Shown: piece after piece, positions 19,947 through 28,389 of the stretch
How positions within the stretch are numbered: position 1 is the first letter of the stretch
Layout of the letters: each line of letters starts with the position of its first letter
Source of the DNA: an uncultured bacterium
Lineage (GTDB): Bacteria > Eisenbacteria > RBG-16-71-46 > CAIMUX01
Assembly: GCA_964631125.1 (NCBI GenBank)
Contig: CAZVYN010000002.1
Location: 1,309 to 65,308, forward strand
Reading direction: 5' to 3'
DNA: 64,000 bases
Position numbers and translations under genes: made by a program
The notes under the pieces: generated by a model
The model's database searches: none
What the model saw: the letters and a program-made list of their open reading frames with translations, nothing else
Told to the model about the DNA's origin: nothing

Positions 19947-22064
19947 TCACCTGAGCGCAATGACCCCGATCGGCTGCGGAATCAACTCCGGCGTCAGTTC
20001 GCGCATCGAGATGACGGCCGCATCCGGGAACTCGATTTCGACCAAACGGCGGATGAACGGCCGCACTTCGGGTTCGGTCAACACCACCGGCTTCGCCGCA
20101 GTGGGCGGCCGATCGCCGAGTTGGTTGCGGATGGCGGCCAGGATCTCCATCTGCATGTCGGGCGGGATGTCGATGTACTTGCCGGTCGAGGTGTGGCGGA
20201 TCGAGTCGGCCACGGTCTGTTGGATCTCGGGATCGATCTGATAGACGATCAACCGCCCGTCGCGCCGCGCGTACTTGAAGCAGATCTGCCGCGCCAGACT
20301 GCTCCGCACCAACTCGGTCAGCGCGATCGGATCACTCTCGATCCTCCCCCACTCGCTCATCGCCTCGAGGATCCCCTTCAGGTCGCGGATCGAGATCCCT
20401 TCGCGGACCAGGCGGCGCAACACCTCGGCGAGTTGATGCAGGCTGATCAGCTTCGGCACTACTTCTTCGACCAACTTCGGGTAGGCCTGGGCCAGATGTT
20501 CGAGCATCGTCTGCGTCTCTTGCAGCCCGAGGAACTCGTGCAGGTAGCGCTTGAGGAATCCCGCCATGTGCAGCACGAGCACCTCGGCCGGATCGACCAC
20601 CTGCATGCCGGCTTGCCGCGCGAGATCGGCCGACTCTTCGGGGATCCACGCCGCCGGCTGACCCGTCGCGGGATTCGTCGTCTCTTCCGCCGGAATCTGG
20701 AAGAGCGCGAGATTCTCGGCCGGCTCAGCCACGAGCACCTTCCCCGGCTCGATCCGCCCATGGTGGATCGGCGTCCCGCTCAGCAAGATCGTGAACGTGT
20801 TCTCCTGATGCGGCAGATTCCCGCGGATCTTGAGCGGCGGCACCAACACGCCGAGCTCATAGTAGAGAGAGTCGCGCAGCTCGGGGATCAGGCGTTGGAG
20901 CGTCTTCCCTCCGTCGCCGTTGCGATCGATCAGCTTGGTCAGGCTCTCGCTCACCTCGACCAGCACCGGCACGGCCAAGCTCAGTCCCGGCTCCTGCCGC
21001 GCCGCATCCTGCGCCTCGTCGGCCGCCCGCTCGCCCTCTTCGCGCTCCATCCGCTTCGTGCGCATGAGACCGAACGAGATCGCGCCGCCGATCAGGCCCA
21101 GCAGGAGGAACTGGACCATCGGCATCCCCGGGACCAGTCCGAGGAGACCCAAGAGCACCGCCACCACCGCGAGCGCCTTCGGCTGCGCGAGCATCTGCGC
21201 GCCGATGTCCCTGCCGACGTTGCTCTCGACGTCGTCAGTCGCGACGCGCGTGACGATGAAGCCGGCCGCCAAGGTGATCGCGACGGCGGGGATCTGGCTG
21301 ACCAGCCCGTCGCCGATGGTGAGCAGCGTGTAGAGCTGGAGCGCCTCGAGCGGCTCCATTCCCTTCATCATCACGCCGATCGCGAGCCCACCGACGATGT
21401 TGATCAAGAGGACGATGATCGTGAAGATCGCGTCGCCCTTCACAAATTTCATGGCGCCGTCCATCGCGCCGTGGAACTGCGACTCGCGCGCCAAGTCGGC
21501 CCGTTTCGCCTTGGCCTGATCCTGCGTGATCGAGCCCGAACGCAGATCGCCGTCGATGCTCATCTGCTTGCCCGGCATCGCGTCGAGCGTGAACCGCGCG
21601 CCGACTTCGGCCACCCGCTCCGCGCCCTTCGTCACCACCACGAAGAGGAACGTCGTGATGATGAGGAAGAGGATGAACCCGACGACTGGATTGCCCTTCG
21701 CCACCGTGTTGCCGAACGCCTCGACCACCTGGCCCGCGTGCGCATCGGCCAGGATCAATCGCGCGGTCGAGATGCAGAGCGACGCGCGGAAGAGCGTCGT
21801 CAACAGGAGGATCGCCGGAAACGCCGCCAGCCGCGTCGGATCCTGCGTGTAGACCGCGACGAACAAGATCGTGATCGAGATCGAGATGTTCAGCGCCAAC
21901 AAGATATCGAGCAGGAACGGCGGCAGCGGAATGATGATCAGCCCGAGCGCGAGGATCAGGAACCCCGCCAGCAACATGTCGCTGTACTTCGCGACCAGCG
22001 CGGTCAGATTCCCGCTCTTGATGTCGGCGATCATGTTGTCGATCCGTGACATGGGGGTCTCCAT
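19947..22064 (-). CDS. sctV: Type III secretion export-gate protein, FHIPEP family (SctV/FlhA); sequence details favour the injectisome SctV type
   Basis: FHIPEP blocks present: FPAILLLTTLFRASLCISTARLIL, GARFTLDAMPGKQMSIDGDL, RESQFHGAMDGAMKFVKGDAI, LTIGDGLVSQIPA, AGFIVTRV. The C-terminal segment reads GLQETQTMLEHL. An alternative ATG at 22052 has GGAGA 6 nt upstream. Confidence 0.85.
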   Translation of the reverse strand: METPMSRIDNMIADIKSGNLTALVAKYSDMLLAGFLILALGLIIIPLPPFLLDILLALNISISITILFVAVYTQDPTRLAAFPAILLLTTLFRASLCISTARLILADAHAGQVVEAFGNTVAKGNPVVGFILFLIITTFLFVVVTKGAERVAEVGARFTLDAMPGKQMSIDGDLRSGSITQDQAKAKRADLARESQFHGAMDGAMKFVKGDAIFTIIVLLINIVGGLAIGVMMKGMEPLEALQLYTLLTIGDGLVSQIPAVAITLAAGFIVTRVATDDVESNVGRDIGAQMLAQPKALAVVAVLLGLLGLVPGMPMVQFLLLGLIGGAISFGLMRTKRMEREEGERAADEAQDAARQEPGLSLAVPVLVEVSESLTKLIDRNGDGGKTLQRLIPELRDSLYYELGVLVPPLKIRGNLPHQENTFTILLSGTPIHHGRIEPGKVLVAEPAENLALFQIPAEETTNPATGQPAAWIPEESADLARQAGMQVVDPAEVLVLHMAGFLKRYLHEFLGLQETQTMLEHLAQAYPKLVEEVVPKLISLHQLAEVLRRLVREGISIRDLKGILEAMSEWGRIESDPIALTELVRSSLARQICFKYARRDGRLIVYQIDPEIQQTVADSIRHTSTGKYIDIPPDMQMEILAAIRNQLGDRPPTAAKPVVLTEPEVRPFIRRLVEIEFPDAAVISMRELTPELIPQPIGVIALR

Positions 22065-22239
22065 CTAACCACGCGCGTCGCGCGCGCGGTGGGTCGCGCT
22101 GGCCCCATCGCTCGGCGCCGCAGCATCCTACAGCACGCACGCCAGCGCCCCGAGACCGGGGTCCGGTCCCGGGCGCGAATGCTGCTGTCGGTGTTATCGG
22201 TGAGTCGGCGCCAAGAGTTGCGCGGTCGGCCGCCCGGCC

Positions 22240-23739
22240 CTACTCCAGCGGCATGATCCAGATGTCGCCGATGTTGGCTTCACTCGCCGCGTAAACCAAC
22301 TGTTGGCCATCGGGCGACCAGGCAGGAACCGCCTCCGAACCAATGTCGAACGTGAGCTGCGTAGGTTCGCCACCGACCGCGGATATCATCCAGAGGTCGA
22401 ACGCACCGGCCCGTCTCGAGCTGAACGCGATTCGGGTCCCATCGGGCGACCAAGCCGGGCCGAAGTTGTCGGCTGGATCCGTGGTGACCTGAGTCCGCGC
22501 GCCTCCGCTCGATGGCATCGTCCAGATGTCGTAGTTTCCAGACTCCCGCGAGGTGTAGGCGATCGTGCTTCCGTCCGGCGACCAATCCATCACCCAGAGG
22601 TTCCAGCCGGCTTCGAGGAGCAGGGTCGGCGTCCCGCCCGTTGACGACACCACGTACATCTCACATCGAATGGGTACTTGGCCGAACTCGGTGAGTCGGA
22701 GGGCATACGCGATCTTCGTCCCGTCCGGCGACCAGGCAAGGGCGGTAACCGCCGTCGGCCGACCGTGACTCGCGATCACAACTGGGGCGGCGCCCACCCT
22801 CGGCTCCATCACCGAGAGTTCGCGGCTCGTGAAGGCGCCGTCCGGGCGCCGAGAGATGAACGCGAGCCGTTTGCCGTCCGAGGACCACTTCGGATGTTCC
22901 GCCCCCTCTTCGAGATTGGTTAGCCGTGATAGACCTTCCCCATCCGACCCGATGAGATAGATCTGTGGGCGTCTGTCTGCGGCCCAATCGGCGCTGAACA
23001 AGATCTCGGTCCCATCGGGGGACCAGTGCGGGTAACCAGCGCCCGGCGGCCGTGAGCTGGTGGTCAGGCGGAGTCGGGTGCGAGTTGTAGTACTCACGAC
23101 GTTGGATAACGTGGACTCGAGCGGCGTGTCGTCTATGGCGCGGATGGCGAAGAAGTACGTGAGCCCGGGCTCGAGTCCGGTCACAGTGAAGGACTCCTCG
23201 GCGCCCGCTGATTGCGGCTGGGGCACGCTGTCTACTCGCGACGCGGAGCCCCAGTTCTCATCCGTGATGGCCTCGAGGGAGTGCCGGAGGTCGTAGGCCG
23301 ACGCTGTACCGATCGACCCATCGCGCCCGGTCGCGGTCCACCTCAGGCTCACGCTGCTGCGGGTTTCCGTCACGATCTCCAAGTCGCCGATCGCTGCGGG
23401 CGGAGAGTCTCCGAGGACCGTGGCGGCAATGACGTTCGAGAGCTCGGACCAGTTCTGCGATTCATCCGCGGTCTTCAAGGCGAAGTACCGGAGTCCTGGA
23501 GCGAGCGCCTCCATGCTGAAGCTCTCGGGCTGTCCGGCCCGCTTCGGGGTCGGTGGCGATGGAACGATCGTCGCCGAGTCCCAACCGGCTTCGACGATCA
23601 CGCGATCCGCGAAGCGCAGATCGTAGATTGCCGCCTGGCCGTTGCTCCCGTCGTCGCCTGGCGCGGTCCAGGTCAGGGTGACCTCGTCGCTGGTGTTCTT
23701 CGCGAGGCGAAGGCTCTCGATGGCGGCGGGTGGTGTCAC
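22240..23739 (-). CDS. TolB-like protein: two fibronectin-III-like domains plus PD40/WD40-like beta-propeller repeats (mature part; see in-frame TAG upstream)
   Basis: Repeated WSPDGxxIAF/Y motifs (PD40) are present. The N-terminal half has FN3-like TLTWTAPGDDG and SLRWTATGRDG segments. The track start is a GTG at 23739. Confidence 0.8.
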   Translation of the reverse strand: MTPPAAIESLRLAKNTSDEVTLTWTAPGDDGSNGQAAIYDLRFADRVIVEAGWDSATIVPSPPTPKRAGQPESFSMEALAPGLRYFALKTADESQNWSELSNVIAATVLGDSPPAAIGDLEIVTETRSSVSLRWTATGRDGSIGTASAYDLRHSLEAITDENWGSASRVDSVPQPQSAGAEESFTVTGLEPGLTYFFAIRAIDDTPLESTLSNVVSTTTRTRLRLTTSSRPPGAGYPHWSPDGTEILFSADWAADRRPQIYLIGSDGEGLSRLTNLEEGAEHPKWSSDGKRLAFISRRPDGAFTSRELSVMEPRVGAAPVVIASHGRPTAVTALAWSPDGTKIAYALRLTEFGQVPIRCEMYVVSSTGGTPTLLLEAGWNLWVMDWSPDGSTIAYTSRESGNYDIWTMPSSGGARTQVTTDPADNFGPAWSPDGTRIAFSSRRAGAFDLWMISAVGGEPTQLTFDIGSEAVPAWSPDGQQLVYAASEANIGDIWIMPLE

Positions 23740-23757
23740 GTCCGGCGGCGTGGGCTA

Positions 23758-23829
23758 GATGTCGTCGTCGGAGCAGGCGGTGAGGAGGCCGAGGAGAGTC
23801 ATGAGAGTCGCCAAAGTCGACAACCGCAT
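23758..23829 (-). other. Lipoprotein signal-peptide coding segment in frame with 22240..23739 but separated from it by TAG (23755..23757)
   Basis: GGAGG lies 7 nt before the ATG at 23829. The translation MRLSTLATLMTLLGLLTACSDDDI is followed by TAG. The same frame then continues PTPPDVTPPAAIESL into the TolB-like ORF. Confidence 0.7.
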
Positions 23830-23964
23830 CGAGGGACCTCCTACTGCCGGAAAGGAGCGCGAGCAAGCTGAGGAACAGGGGAAAGCACGCGATCACCGCG
23901 AGTGGTCTGCACGCAGTGTCTGTGCTTCCCCCACCAAGACGGTCAGACCCGTTGGCCGCCAGCG

Positions 23965-24095
23965 TCAATCACAAGTTGAACAGTACTGCTCGTAGAGCAG
24001 GCAGTCCTCCTTGTTGTGGGCGATCACGCCTTGGGCAACGTAGGTACCTAGCTCGACCTGGAAGTTGTAGACGAGAGTCGGCTCAACAGCTCGCC
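23965..24095 (-). CDS. Hint C-terminal block in the -1 frame, continuing the previous ORF, plus a 15-aa Cys-containing tail
   Basis: Translation is AVEPTLVYNFQVELGTYVAQGVIAHNKEDCLLYEQYCSTCD then stop (TGA 23965..23967). It matches the terminal intein/Hint pattern VY[ND]-x-x-VE...[FY]-x-A-x-G-[IV]-x-x-HN. Confidence 0.6.
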
Positions 24096-24560
24096 GGACG
24101 GAATGACGCGGATCTTCTCGTTCACTACCACGAATTCCTCGACTGCAAAGGGACGAAACACTTTGACGACACGCGAAGATTTCATGCTCCCGTCGCCTTC
24201 ATCGTACGAAAGCACTTCGTCGCCCGCACGGATCGCTTCGACCGGCTTCGTGCTGCCGTCGGCGAGCGTGATCAAGGTTCCGGGCAGCAAGCAGTCACAG
24301 TGTGGCGCGCTTGGATTGCAGTTGCAGCAGGTGAAAATGCCCTCGCCACCATTACATTCAACTCCTGTCCACACACACTTCCACTTCCGATTCCCCGACG
24401 AGCACGAACCCGTCCATTCGATGTGCGCAACGCAGTCCGGATCGTTGCTGATGCACCACCCGGCAGTTACCTGATCGCACCTCGGACACGCGACCCCAGC
24501 GTCCAGCGGGACGGTCCAAGCAATGCAGACCGTCAGGATGGTAAGTGCGAGTTTGAACAT
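24048..24560 (-). CDS. Secreted Cys-rich protein with Hint (Hedgehog/intein) N-terminal block
   Basis: GGAAGGAAAGGGA precedes the ATG. The signal peptide is MFKLALTILTVCIAWTVPLDAG. The next roughly 65 aa contain 11 Cys. CLLPGTLITLADGSTKPVEAIRAGDEVLSYD then matches Hint block A. Confidence 0.75.
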   Translation of the reverse strand: MFKLALTILTVCIAWTVPLDAGVACPRCDQVTAGWCISNDPDCVAHIEWTGSCSSGNRKWKCVWTGVECNGGEGIFTCCNCNPSAPHCDCLLPGTLITLADGSTKPVEAIRAGDEVLSYDEGDGSMKSSRVVKVFRPFAVEEFVVVNEKIRVIPSGELLSRLSSTTSRSS

Positions 24561-25223
24561 GTTTCATCCCTTTCCTTCCCAGCTCACTAGAGCGGCGACC
24601 TCGACTTCAGGGATCGTTGGCCTGTCGGCGCGGGACGTCGGTCGATGTCCGCGGAGGTGCTTGTGCTCGGACCGCGCAGACCGCACAAGGCGATTGCCCC
24701 TCGAGTCGAGACCGAGGAATCGCGCCCTCAGAGATCGGTCACGGCGTCGCGTGTGGTTGGCCCCACCCGTCGCGAAACGGCCCTCACCACACCTTGGCGA
24801 CGAATGCAAATGCACACACCGTCTCCGAGTCGCGCGACCGCCAGCATGGGTCCGATCCGAGATCGAGCGAAGTTGGCGGCGCAGTCACGTTCGCCCCCCC
24901 CCCTAACATGTTGTCAATGGTTTCTTTCAGGTTGGGTGAGACACGGCGCGTTCTACAAGCACCGATGCCCCGGTGCACATCGTCCACGGCGAGCGAAACA
25001 CGCTGACACCGCTCTGCGGAGCCCGACGCGTCTGTGAACGAGTCGTGAGTCGCGCACGCGGAGGGCATCGCACGCCAATGCGCATTCGTCGACTCGCTTT
25101 GGCCTAGGTAGCGGACTTCACCCTGGTCGGGTCCCCCGACGATTTCACTGTTAGATCCCCCCTCCTGAATCGATTCCTGCGCGACGGCGACGCCCGCCGC
25201 CCCCTGACAGGAGGAGTCCCGCC

Positions 25224-28200
25224 ATGCGCACGTCCCTCGTTTCCCGCGCCTTCCTCGGCCTACTGGCAGTCGGCCTACTGGCAGTCGGTCTGCTGACGAG
25301 CCCCGCCTGGTCGCAGGGGTATGTCGAAGGCGAGGTGCTCGTGCGCTTCCGGCGCGGCGCGGACCGGCCCGCGCAGGAGCGTGCGGCCGCGCGGGTGCAG
25401 GGCGAGATCGTGAAACGGGATCCCGGGCTCGACTACGCGAAGCTCGAGCTCCTCGCCGGCACGACGGTCGAGGAGGCGGTCGCGCGGCTCGACGACGACC
25501 CCGCCGTCGTCTGGGCCGAGCCGAACTACCTGCGCGAGGCGCTCGACTGCTCGAACTCGCCGCAGGACCCTTACCTGCGCGACAACACCAGCGCGGTTGC
25601 GACGCGCGGCCAGTGGGGCGTGTTCCAGACCGGCGTCTACTCGCTCTGGCGTCACTTGGCGCCGACCGACACGGTCGTACGCATCGGGGTCATCGACTCT
25701 GGGATCAACAACTACGCCTCGCCGCATCCTTCGATCGCGCCCAACGTCCTGAACGGAGCGAACGATGGCTTCGACTTCGTGCAGACCGATACCGACCCCA
25801 CCGATCAGGGTCCGTGGAAAGGACACGGGACCGCGGTGGCCGGCGTCCTCGCGGCGGCCGCGGACAACCACGGGATCGTGGGGATCGCGCCCTGCGCGGA
25901 GTTGATCATCGTGCGCGCGCTCGACTGCAACCTCGAAGGTTGCCAGGGGAACGTGGAGCGCACCGCGAATGCGATCAAGTTCGCGGCCGACAAGAACTGC
26001 GACGTCATCAACCTGAGCCTCGGCGGCCTCCAGTACTCGAAGCTCGAGCGCGACGCCGTCCTCTACGCGATCGGGAAGGGCTCGATCGTCGTCGCGGCGT
26101 CGGGGAACGACACCGCCGACTCGCTCCGCTTTCCTGCGCGCTTCCCCGAGGTGATCGCGGTCGACGGCACGTCGTTCGCCACGCCGTTCGTGGCCGGGGT
26201 CTGCGGGCTCCTGCGCGCGCGCTTCCCCGAGATGAAGGCGCACGACGAAGCCTGGCTGCGCGCGCGGACGGTGGCGACTCCACAGCCGAACAAGGACGGC
26301 CACGGTCGCGTGGACTTCCCGCGGCTCGAGGACGCGAGCGACGTCGCCGTCTACGGCGCGACGTATCACAAGAACCACTTCTGGGAGTGGCTCGGCGAGG
26401 ACGTGACGCATGAGGCCTCCGACGACGACCCGGCGGACGACGACGGTGTGCCGAACAGCGTGGCCGACGGCGGGAACGACGGCGTGTTCCCCCGCTCGTT
26501 CAGCGAGCTGCCGTTCCTGCCCTACCACCTCAGCGGAGCAGAGTCGTTGAAGGTGCTCGTCTCGACGAGCCGCCACGACGGCCCGCGGTATGGCCCGGAA
26601 GCGATCAAGCGTCTCTACCTGGACGCCTGGTTCGATTGGGGCAGCGACGGCTCGTTCCACTTCGCGTACGACCGCGAGGTCGTGGGATACGCGATGAACC
26701 CGCAGGAGTGGGAAGGAGACTCCATGGAGGTCCGCCCGACGATCCTGCCGTTGGACGAGCACATCTTGGGGAACCCGCTCACCGTACGGACGCGCCTGCG
26801 CTACGGTAGCGACGATCCGGTGACCACCCCGGAGGGGTTCTCGGACCACGGGGAGGTCGAGGACACGCGGTTCATCAACTTCGTCGAAGAGTTCGACATG
26901 GAGCTGCGCGAGTTCTCGCCGCCGCCGCCCTACATGATGATGGGGGGCTGGGGGATCGTGGGCGATCCTCAGCCGCTCTGGAGCCACCACGGAACGTGGG
27001 AATTCGCGTCGTCGCCGCACCCGATCAGTCCCGCCTGCGACTTCGATCCCTCGCCGCCGAACCCCATGATCTCGCCGGTGATGGACTGGACGGAGTACTC
27101 GAGGGCGTTCGTGAAGTTCGACTACTGCCACGTGATCTTCCCGTGCCCGGGCGGCGGTGGCCCGGACCTCTGTCGCTTCGAGCTTCGGATCGGCGCCGCG
27201 CTCGCTTTCTCGACCCCGATCCCGGGCGGCTCCGGCACGATGTCCTTCGACTTCACCTCGTTCGTGGGTGTCCCCGGCGTCACCGCGCACGTGGTGATGG
27301 AGACGGACAAGCCCGGCGTCTTGTACGTGGACGACGTCCGGATCTGGGCGTACGACAACTCGAAGCCCGTCGCGCTGACCGATCTCGTCGCGTCGCGCCA
27401 GCCGGGCGGGAATGCGGTGCGCCTGCGGTGGAGCGATCCGAACGAGAACACGGCGCCGATCCCGCCCGGGGCGAATCCGCGTGCGAGCACCTACATGGTG
27501 CGCTTCGCGAAGGACCCGATCGCGACGCTGTCGGACTGGGATCTCGCGTCGCGCCTCCTGCGGAGGGACGCGCCCGGCGGATTCCCGGCGCCCGTGCCCG
27601 GCGCGGTGGACGCGTCGTTCGATGTCCCCTCCGCGCACCAGACCTATCACGTTGCCGTCCGCACCGGCGACGAGGTGACGAACCTCTCTCCGCTCAGCGG
27701 CAATACGCAGGAGTCGACGATCCCGGACCTGGCGCTCTCCGTGGTCGGCGGGCCGGACCAGGCGGTGTCGCCTGGACAGACGGTGATGCTCGAGTTCGCG
27801 CTCGCGAACGACGGCAGTGTGAAGGAGTCGATCCGCATCGACGCGACCGACACGCAGCTCTGGGTCGACGGATTCCAAGACATGGGACAGGTCTCCTCCC
27901 CGACGTGGCGCCTGCTCGACTATGGGACCTCCGAGGTACTGCAGGTCTGGGTGGGAGCCCCGCTTGGTAGCGGCGGCTCCACGGACACCGTCACCGTCGT
28001 CGCGACCGCGCTCTCCTCCGAGGGGACGGTGACCGACTCGGACCAGGTTGTCCTCACCGTCAGCGGTACGAGCTCTGTCGCACAGAACGGGCTCCCGTCG
28101 AAGGCGAGTCTGCGGCTCGTCGGCAACAACCCGAGCCGGGGCGCCGTCGTCATGCGCGCCGCCCTCCCGCGCGCCGGCGAAGTGACCGTCGACGTCTACA

Positions 28201-28376
28201 ACGCGGTCGGCGCGCGCGTGCGATCCGTCGCGCACCGGAGGTTCGCGGCGGGGCTGCACGACCTCACCTGGGACGGCGACGACGACGACGGACGCGAGGC
28301 GCCGTCGGGGGTCTACGCGGCGCGCCTCCGGGTCGGCAACGAACAGCGCGCCATCCGGATCGTGCGCGTGCGGTGA
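25224..28376 (+). CDS. Subtilisin-like (S8) serine peptidase with I9-like propeptide, about 650-aa extension and FlgD-Ig-like C-terminal domain
   Basis: GGAGGAG precedes the ATG and a signal peptide is present. The propeptide reads EVLVRFRRG...VVWAEPNY. The triad and oxyanion motifs are VIDSGI (Asp), HGTAVAGV (His), ASGND (Asn) and GTSFATPFVAG (Ser). The C-terminus reads GVYAARLRVG...IVRVR. Confidence 0.85.
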   Translation: MRTSLVSRAFLGLLAVGLLAVGLLTSPAWSQGYVEGEVLVRFRRGADRPAQERAAARVQGEIVKRDPGLDYAKLELLAGTTVEEAVARLDDDPAVVWAEPNYLREALDCSNSPQDPYLRDNTSAVATRGQWGVFQTGVYSLWRHLAPTDTVVRIGVIDSGINNYASPHPSIAPNVLNGANDGFDFVQTDTDPTDQGPWKGHGTAVAGVLAAAADNHGIVGIAPCAELIIVRALDCNLEGCQGNVERTANAIKFAADKNCDVINLSLGGLQYSKLERDAVLYAIGKGSIVVAASGNDTADSLRFPARFPEVIAVDGTSFATPFVAGVCGLLRARFPEMKAHDEAWLRARTVATPQPNKDGHGRVDFPRLEDASDVAVYGATYHKNHFWEWLGEDVTHEASDDDPADDDGVPNSVADGGNDGVFPRSFSELPFLPYHLSGAESLKVLVSTSRHDGPRYGPEAIKRLYLDAWFDWGSDGSFHFAYDREVVGYAMNPQEWEGDSMEVRPTILPLDEHILGNPLTVRTRLRYGSDDPVTTPEGFSDHGEVEDTRFINFVEEFDMELREFSPPPPYMMMGGWGIVGDPQPLWSHHGTWEFASSPHPISPACDFDPSPPNPMISPVMDWTEYSRAFVKFDYCHVIFPCPGGGGPDLCRFELRIGAALAFSTPIPGGSGTMSFDFTSFVGVPGVTAHVVMETDKPGVLYVDDVRIWAYDNSKPVALTDLVASRQPGGNAVRLRWSDPNENTAPIPPGANPRASTYMVRFAKDPIATLSDWDLASRLLRRDAPGGFPAPVPGAVDASFDVPSAHQTYHVAVRTGDEVTNLSPLSGNTQESTIPDLALSVVGGPDQAVSPGQTVMLEFALANDGSVKESIRIDATDTQLWVDGFQDMGQVSSPTWRLLDYGTSEVLQVWVGAPLGSGGSTDTVTVVATALSSEGTVTDSDQVVLTVSGTSSVAQNGLPSKASLRLVGNNPSRGAVVMRAALPRAGEVTVDVYNAVGARVRSVAHRRFAAGLHDLTWDGDDDDGREAPSGVYAARLRVGNEQRAIRIVRVR

Positions 28377-28389
28377 CGGCGGGGAGCGA

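Noticed and set aside
19947-22064. Calling the FHIPEP gene flagellar flhA
   Set aside because: Several conserved blocks look closer to SctV than to FlhA as I recall them, and no flagellar genes are nearby. This is a by-eye judgement, and phylogeny is required. The feature is therefore labelled as SctV/FlhA family.
24784-25068. 94-aa minus-strand ORF in the Hint/S8 intergenic region
   Set aside because: It has no RBS before its ATG, no recognisable motif and weak codon bias. It is kept only as context for the poly-C tract finding.
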